This document shows positions 26,825 to 32,000 of a stretch of DNA of 32,000 bases, in pieces. Each line of letters opens with the position of its first letter. Within the stretch, counting starts at the first letter, position 1. The notes beneath the pieces are model-generated. The model ran no database searches and was not told the origin of the DNA. It saw only the letters and a list, made by a program, of their open reading frames with translations. A program made the position numbers and the translations under genes. This stretch comes from an uncultured archaeon. Lineage in GTDB: Archaea > Asgardarchaeota > Thorarchaeia > Thorarchaeales > Thorarchaeaceae. The stretch lies in assembly GCA_964354495.1 (NCBI GenBank), contig CAYHAA010000009.1, positions 1 to 32,000 of the forward strand. The letters are read 5' to 3'.

Positions 26825-27313
26825 ATGATACTAGTCGAACGAAACGTATGTCTCAATGTCGGGGAAAAGGCCCCAGACTTTGACTTGCTCGATCAAGATG
26901 GGAAGAATATCCGCCTATCAGACTACCGAGGAGACTACAATGTCGTCCTTGTATTGAATCCTGGGAAACTCAACGATTCCTGTAAGAATTATCTCGTGTT
27001 CTACAAGGAACACCTGATGGACTTCAGTGCACTGCATACTCAGGTCCTAGGCATCAACATGGATTCTGTGTCTATGAATGAGCAATGGACTCGGAAACTC
27101 GGGGGACTAGGCTTCCCGCTGCTCTCAGACCATTCTCCACTGGGAAGAGCAACCCTCAAGTATGACTGCTTTATGCCAAATGAAGGATACGGCAAGCGGG
27201 CACTCTTCGTTATCGATAAGAAGGGGACTATTCGTCACATCGAAGTTCTCTCTGGAAAATCTGGAGCATGCCCTGACTTGACTCGCCTACTGGATGCACT
27301 TCAGGCAGTATAG
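26825..27313 (+). CDS. Peroxiredoxin-like (BCP/AhpE-type) redoxin
   Basis: VGEKAPDFDLLDQDG, PGKLNDSC, FPLLSD, RALFVIDKKGTIRH. Confidence 0.88.
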   Translation: MILVERNVCLNVGEKAPDFDLLDQDGKNIRLSDYRGDYNVVLVLNPGKLNDSCKNYLVFYKEHLMDFSALHTQVLGINMDSVSMNEQWTRKLGGLGFPLLSDHSPLGRATLKYDCFMPNEGYGKRALFVIDKKGTIRHIEVLSGKSGACPDLTRLLDALQAV

Positions 27314-27389
27314 AAACCGCCTTAATCGTGAAGCGGCTTGTTGACACGTGCGCGGACCGAGCTGTGGTCAGCCTTAGCCACAAAGAAAC

Positions 27390-27950
27390 CTAGATGATAT
27401 CGATCAGCACACGTCCGTCTCTGACAAGGCCCCATGCCAAGAAAGGCATCTGCGTCCATCGTTCGAACGCGATTGACTGAAGACTGCGCAACTGAGAGAA
27501 GTACAGAGTGAGTATGATGCCGTGTGAAACGACGAGTATGTTCTTGTCGTAAAACATGATATTGATTCGTTTGACAACCTCTGAGAGTCTCCGCAGAGCC
27601 TGCGCCCCAGACTCCCACCCAGGAGGACCACGCCCCCAGTCGGTGAGAGTCTCTCTGACACGGAGGCGATACTCCTTGTTCGATAGAAGTGTTCCGGCCG
27701 GACGGCGCAGCTCATCGAACTCGGGTAGCTCATAAAGATCTACTTGAAGCCCCTCTGCAAATACATCTGCAGTCTGCCTCGCCTTCCGTTCACTTGAGTG
27801 GACTATTCCATCGATCTTGGTGAAGATATCTGACTTCGCTAGCTCTCGTGTCTTCTTGATGCCGTCTGCGGTTATGGACCACTCACGAGCAGGAAGAGAA
27901 GGATTGATACTAGTTTCCGCATGCCTCAGTAGGATGATTGAGTTTGACAA
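27390..27950 (-). CDS. Histidine phosphatase family protein
   Basis: LLRHAET, SSERKARQTA, LVVSHG; TTG start. Confidence 0.9.
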   Translation of the reverse strand: MSNSIILLRHAETSINPSLPAREWSITADGIKKTRELAKSDIFTKIDGIVHSSERKARQTADVFAEGLQVDLYELPEFDELRRPAGTLLSNKEYRLRVRETLTDWGRGPPGWESGAQALRRLSEVVKRINIMFYDKNILVVSHGIILTLYFSQLRSLQSIAFERWTQMPFLAWGLVRDGRVLIDII

Positions 27951-28231
27951 TGATTCCTTCTCCTCATGTTTTCTTTTCGCGCCTTGCAGGCCTAGTCATC
28001 AAGAACATATGACTTCAAAAGAGGCGGGCGAGAATAAGACATCAGTTGGGTGTGGTAACCGATCGTAGTCAGTCACTATGATATCTTACCGACGCCCGTT
28101 TTTATGTATGTCATCTCGTACTAAAGCATTCGCCTCCTTAGCGGGGACACTCAGCTGGATAGATTGGTGAGAATTCTGATAGGGAAATGAGATTGATCTC
28201 TGAAAGTGATTCCGCTCTTCACGACTTCTCC

Positions 28232-28684
28232 TTATTTCCCAATCTTGATAACTGACTCAAACTCACTCACTACATAGATCTTGTCAATCCTGACACGAAT
28301 AACAGCACAATCAGGAGAGCTCACAAAACCCATCAATGAAGGGTGACGACTCAATAGGAGGTCTGCATACTTCTGACGCTCATGATTGATGACATCGCCT
28401 GCCGAGCCCACCGCGGTAACCGAGGTGGTTTCATTGAAATCGCTGGCTCTCTTGTCACGGTCGTCCATCGTGAGTGTCACTCTTGGATTCGCCATTATGT
28501 TTTGATACTTCAGCCGCTTCCTCATGGTGGCAAAGACGAGCTCTTTCAAATCCTCTGTTGCTGCGAATGCCACTAGACACGAATAGGGTTCATCATTCTT
28601 AGCTGTACCAAGGACCGCAATAGTCTGCGTGCTAAGAATCTCATTGATTCGACTCTTGACTTCTCGATTCGCATCCATCAGCAT
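28232..28684 (-). CDS. Pyridoxamine 5'-phosphate oxidase-like FMN-binding split-barrel protein
   Basis: AVLGT...PY..LVAFA...FAT.R...KYQNIMANPRV pattern. Confidence 0.85.
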   Translation of the reverse strand: MLMDANREVKSRINEILSTQTIAVLGTAKNDEPYSCLVAFAATEDLKELVFATMRKRLKYQNIMANPRVTLTMDDRDKRASDFNETTSVTAVGSAGDVINHERQKYADLLLSRHPSLMGFVSSPDCAVIRVRIDKIYVVSEFESVIKIGK

Positions 28685-28728
28685 TCCCTCACCAAATCAG
28701 GAGACAGCAACTGATAAGGTCGACCAAA

Positions 28729-30783
28729 TCATGCGGCCTTGCTTCCAGGGGTCACACCGTCGAGTTTCACAGGGAGCCAACGACCGGGTTGGTCGCCCTT
28801 CTCCACTGCGATGATCATGCCATGACTCTCAATGCCGCCAATCTTCTTGGGTTCCAGGTTGGTCAGGAACAGAGCAGTCATCCCAAGTAGCTCTTCGGGC
28901 TTGTACTGGTCCGCAAGGCCCGTGATGATTGTACGCTTCTCGGTCCCAATATCCACCTCCAGCTGGAGGAGTTTGTCTTTCTTCGGAACACGAACACATT
29001 TCAGTATCTTGCCTGCTCGTAAGTCAAGCTTCTTGAACTCATCAAATGTAATCATTTCCTTCTCTTCCACTATTGGTTCACCTCGCTGAGCTGCCTCAGC
29101 CGCCTTTATTCGATTATCGATTATGGTCGTCAATGACGCCAGAAGGGCGTCGTCTATCTTTGCTATGACAGGCTGAGGATTGACGATTTTAGTACCTGCC
29201 TTTGGAGGCTCGAGTGCCGCCTCAAGAGGCACAGTATGGATTTCAGGACCTTTGAAGCCGAGCTGCTTCCAGATCTTCTCTGCAGCACTTGGCATAATGG
29301 GCTCGACAAGAACAGCAATAGCCTTGACGAGAGCTACCGAGTTATACAGAACTTCCCCGCATTTGGCCTTGTCTTCCTTGACAAGTGCCCAAGGTCGATT
29401 TGTCTGGAAGTACTCATTGCCAATTGATGCCAAGCGGAGTATCTCATCTGATGCCTTCTTGAGTTCGTATTCATTGACTGCATCAATGATCGTCTCAATG
29501 GACTTCTCCACTTCCGTCTTCAACGATTTCTCGAACTTTCCCTCTGGAACAGTACCATAGTGTTCCTTGGTGAAGTAGAGAGTTCGGTAGACGAAGTTCC
29601 CCAGTGTACCAACTAGCTCCGTGTTCACTTTATCGGCGAACGCTGAAAAGCTGAAATCGAGGTCACGTGTGTGTCCTGTGAATGACACCATATAGTACCG
29701 TAGGTAGTCAGGATCTAGACCATTCTTCAGGTAATCATCCAGAATCCAGATGACATAGCCTCTGCCCCGGCTGAAGTTGTGACCCTGTATCTTGACCATT
29801 CCAGATGCAACGATCGCTGATGGAAGGTTGTAGTTGCTCCCTTTCAGCATGGCCGGCCAGAACAGGCAATGATGGTACACGATGTTCTGTCCGATGAAGT
29901 GGACCAATCGACCGTTGCCAGGCAACCAGAATTTCTTCCACTCGTTTGGCTTCTTGATCTTCTTTGCCCACTGCTCTGTACTCGACATATAGTGAATTGG
30001 AGCATCAACCCAGACATAGAGTTTGAGACTCTCATCGCCAGGATACGGGATACCCCATTCCAGGTCTCTTGTGATGCACCAGTCCTTGAGACCCTCATTC
30101 ACCCAACCGAGAGCGTAGTTCTTTGCTACCTTTGAACCGTCGACGTCGGTAAGATACTTCTTCAGAAAATCCTGGAATGCAGACAGTCTGAAGTAGTAGT
30201 GCGTTCGAGTGACTGTCCGGGTCGGAGAGCCACAGATGGCACATCTTGGATTCAGAACTTCGCCTGGTTCCAGATACCGACCGCAGCCCTGGTCGCACTC
30301 ATCGCCGCGAGCGTCCATATGACAATATGGGCACTCACCACGGACATATCGATCCGGCAGAGACCTGCGATCGTTGTCACAATATGGGGAGGCCAAGTCT
30401 TTCGGATAGATGTGCCCGTTCTTCTGAAGCTCTTTCACGATCTGAAGGGTGCGAGCGATGTTTTCAGGATCATCAGTCGTGCCGTAGTTGTCAAAGTTGA
30501 TATTGAGCTTGGGAAAGATGTCGAGATAGTACTGGTGGTACTTTGTATAGAGCTCTTTGGGACTGACGCCAGCGGCCTCTGCTGCGGTCAGGACAGGGGT
30601 ACCATGGGTGTCTGAGCCACAGACGAATGTAACATCCACTCCCATCTTCTTCAGGAGTCTGACAAACACGTCGGCAGGTACATAGGTCCTGAGGTGACCG
30701 ATGTGCATCTGCCCACTAGCATATGGAAGTCCGCAAGTTACAAGGACTGGATCTTTAGTGGGGTAGTTTCTCAGTCTAGTCAC
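28729..30783 (-). CDS. metG: Methionyl-tRNA synthetase with C-terminal tRNA-binding OB domain
   Basis: GLPYASGQMHIGH, GSDTHG, Zn knuckles, YVWVDAPIHY, C-terminal FDEFKKLDLRAGKI...SHGM. Confidence 0.97.
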   Translation of the reverse strand: MTRLRNYPTKDPVLVTCGLPYASGQMHIGHLRTYVPADVFVRLLKKMGVDVTFVCGSDTHGTPVLTAAEAAGVSPKELYTKYHQYYLDIFPKLNINFDNYGTTDDPENIARTLQIVKELQKNGHIYPKDLASPYCDNDRRSLPDRYVRGECPYCHMDARGDECDQGCGRYLEPGEVLNPRCAICGSPTRTVTRTHYYFRLSAFQDFLKKYLTDVDGSKVAKNYALGWVNEGLKDWCITRDLEWGIPYPGDESLKLYVWVDAPIHYMSSTEQWAKKIKKPNEWKKFWLPGNGRLVHFIGQNIVYHHCLFWPAMLKGSNYNLPSAIVASGMVKIQGHNFSRGRGYVIWILDDYLKNGLDPDYLRYYMVSFTGHTRDLDFSFSAFADKVNTELVGTLGNFVYRTLYFTKEHYGTVPEGKFEKSLKTEVEKSIETIIDAVNEYELKKASDEILRLASIGNEYFQTNRPWALVKEDKAKCGEVLYNSVALVKAIAVLVEPIMPSAAEKIWKQLGFKGPEIHTVPLEAALEPPKAGTKIVNPQPVIAKIDDALLASLTTIIDNRIKAAEAAQRGEPIVEEKEMITFDEFKKLDLRAGKILKCVRVPKKDKLLQLEVDIGTEKRTIITGLADQYKPEELLGMTALFLTNLEPKKIGGIESHGMIIAVEKGDQPGRWLPVKLDGVTPGSKAA

Positions 30784-31019
30784 ACTCCTTCAGATTTTCT
30801 TGAAGACCTACTGTTTTCTGAGAACGGACATCTCTGCAGAAAAGGAAGTTGCCCTACTCTAGAGTAATCGTCACTGGGGGCACCTGATACATGTGGTTCT
30901 TGTTTTCTTTCTGTGAGTTCTTTTCCCGCCATCAGTTAGTAGGTTACAGATTGACCGCCAATGAGGGATATAACTTTGACGGCATACCTTAAGAGTCAGT
31001 CAATCGAAACATCAGCAAT

Positions 31020-32000
31020 ATGACCAGAGACTGGATTTCAGCCTTAGAAGCGGTGCCTCTAGATTGGCTTCTGGAAGCAGACAATCCTCCAGTCCGGTTC
31101 TACACCATGAGAGACCTCCTGGATTATCGAGCAGATAATTCTGAGTTGATTGCTGCGAACGAGGCGATTATCAGCTGTCGACCGGTTCAACAGATACTGA
31201 AGAAACAGAACTCCGATGGATCATGGATGTCTAAGGATGAACCCTACATCCCGAAGTACAAGTCCTCGTATTGGCAGGTCATGCTCCTTGCGATGTTCGG
31301 CATGAATCGCAGGAATCCACAAGTAGAGTCAGCAATCAACCACCTACTTGCTTTTCAGCACCCAGAAGGCGGTTTTGAAACACATGAAGCAACAAGGAAG
31401 CAATACGAGTTCGTGCGCAAGAGAAACCTAGCCAAGAAGAGACCTACACCAAGTTTCGAGGAGTGGGCGCCTCTCAAGTACAGAGAGATGCAGATGTCCT
31501 GCCTGACAGGAAATGTCTGCCTTGCATTGATTCGGCTGGGATATGAACATCATGATGCCCTAAAGAAAGCACTACAGTGGCTGGTCGAGATTCAGAATGT
31601 GGATGGGGGATGGACATGTCCATATTGGGGAGCTCATAAGAATGACAAGCATGGATGCTTCATGGGCACTATTACACCACTCGACGCATTCTCGGAAGCA
31701 CAAGTGAATCCTAAGGATGCAAGTATGAAGGAAGCGATCAGACACGGAGCTGACTTCCTCCTGATGCATAGACTCTACAAATCTGACCATCATGACTTCA
31801 GCGTGATAGATTCGAGATGGCTGAAAATCTGCGTCCCGCAATTCTTCTTTGACATTCTCAGAGGGTTGGCAGTCCTAACGAAGCTCGGGTATTCGAATGA
31901 CGAACGCATTGATGATGCCTTGCAGATTGTATTGAAGAAACAGGATCGCTCCGGAAAGTGGCATTCGGACTATAGCTATTCAGGTCGCCTCCATGGAACT
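31020..32000 (+). CDS. Prenyltransferase/squalene-oxidase-repeat (alpha/alpha toroid) protein; 3' end truncated
   Basis: Manually translated from ATG 31020, open to the window edge (327 codons). QW-type repeats QNSDGSW, QHPEGGF, QNVDGGW, QDRSGKW. Confidence 0.85.
   Translation, partial: MTRDWISALEAVPLDWLLEADNPPVRFYTMRDLLDYRADNSELIAANEAIISCRPVQQILKKQNSDGSWMSKDEPYIPKYKSSYWQVMLLAMFGMNRRNPQVESAINHLLAFQHPEGGFETHEATRKQYEFVRKRNLAKKRPTPSFEEWAPLKYREMQMSCLTGNVCLALIRLGYEHHDALKKALQWLVEIQNVDGGWTCPYWGAHKNDKHGCFMGTITPLDAFSEAQVNPKDASMKEAIRHGADFLLMHRLYKSDHHDFSVIDSRWLKICVPQFFFDILRGLAVLTKLGYSNDERIDDALQIVLKKQDRSGKWHSDYSYSGRLHGT

Noticed and set aside
27314-27389. Short hairpins between the convergent Prx and phosphatase genes
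   Set aside because: Weak stems; at most ordinary terminators.
1-32000. tRNA, rRNA, CRISPR array, IS or integrase, in-frame Sec codons within the called genes
   Set aside because: I saw no cloverleaf, repeat-spacer array, transposase motif or interrupted redox ORF by eye. tRNAscan-SE and Infernal would be needed to exclude small RNAs.

Overview
Gene-dense chromosomal window of about 26 CDS. I saw no rRNA, tRNA, CRISPR array or recognisable mobile element. The organism is most likely an archaeon, and I infer an Asgard (Thorarchaeia-like) lineage, not database-checked. The clues are an archaeal-type MetRS, a RadA/Rad51-like protein, an arrestin-fold protein, C-terminally anchored surface proteins and GGAGG/GAGGTG Shine-Dalgarno (SD) sites. 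The core is a minus-strand nucleotide excision repair (NER) cluster: uvrB, uvrA, a second full-length uvrA, Cys-rich small ORFs, a TPR/4-Cys protein, uvrC and a 2[4Fe-4S] ferredoxin. The most unusual items are (i) two translationally coupled, diverged UvrA paralogs, (ii) a RadA-like pseudo-ATPase with a destroyed Walker A/B but a retained FxxA polymerisation motif, (iii) a circularly permuted family-5 solute-binding protein, and (iv) a surface protein with a 174-aa tandem repeat nested inside another domain. Two real genes missing from the ORF track run off the window edges: a secreted phospholipase D (left) and a prenyltransferase/squalene-oxidase-repeat protein (right).
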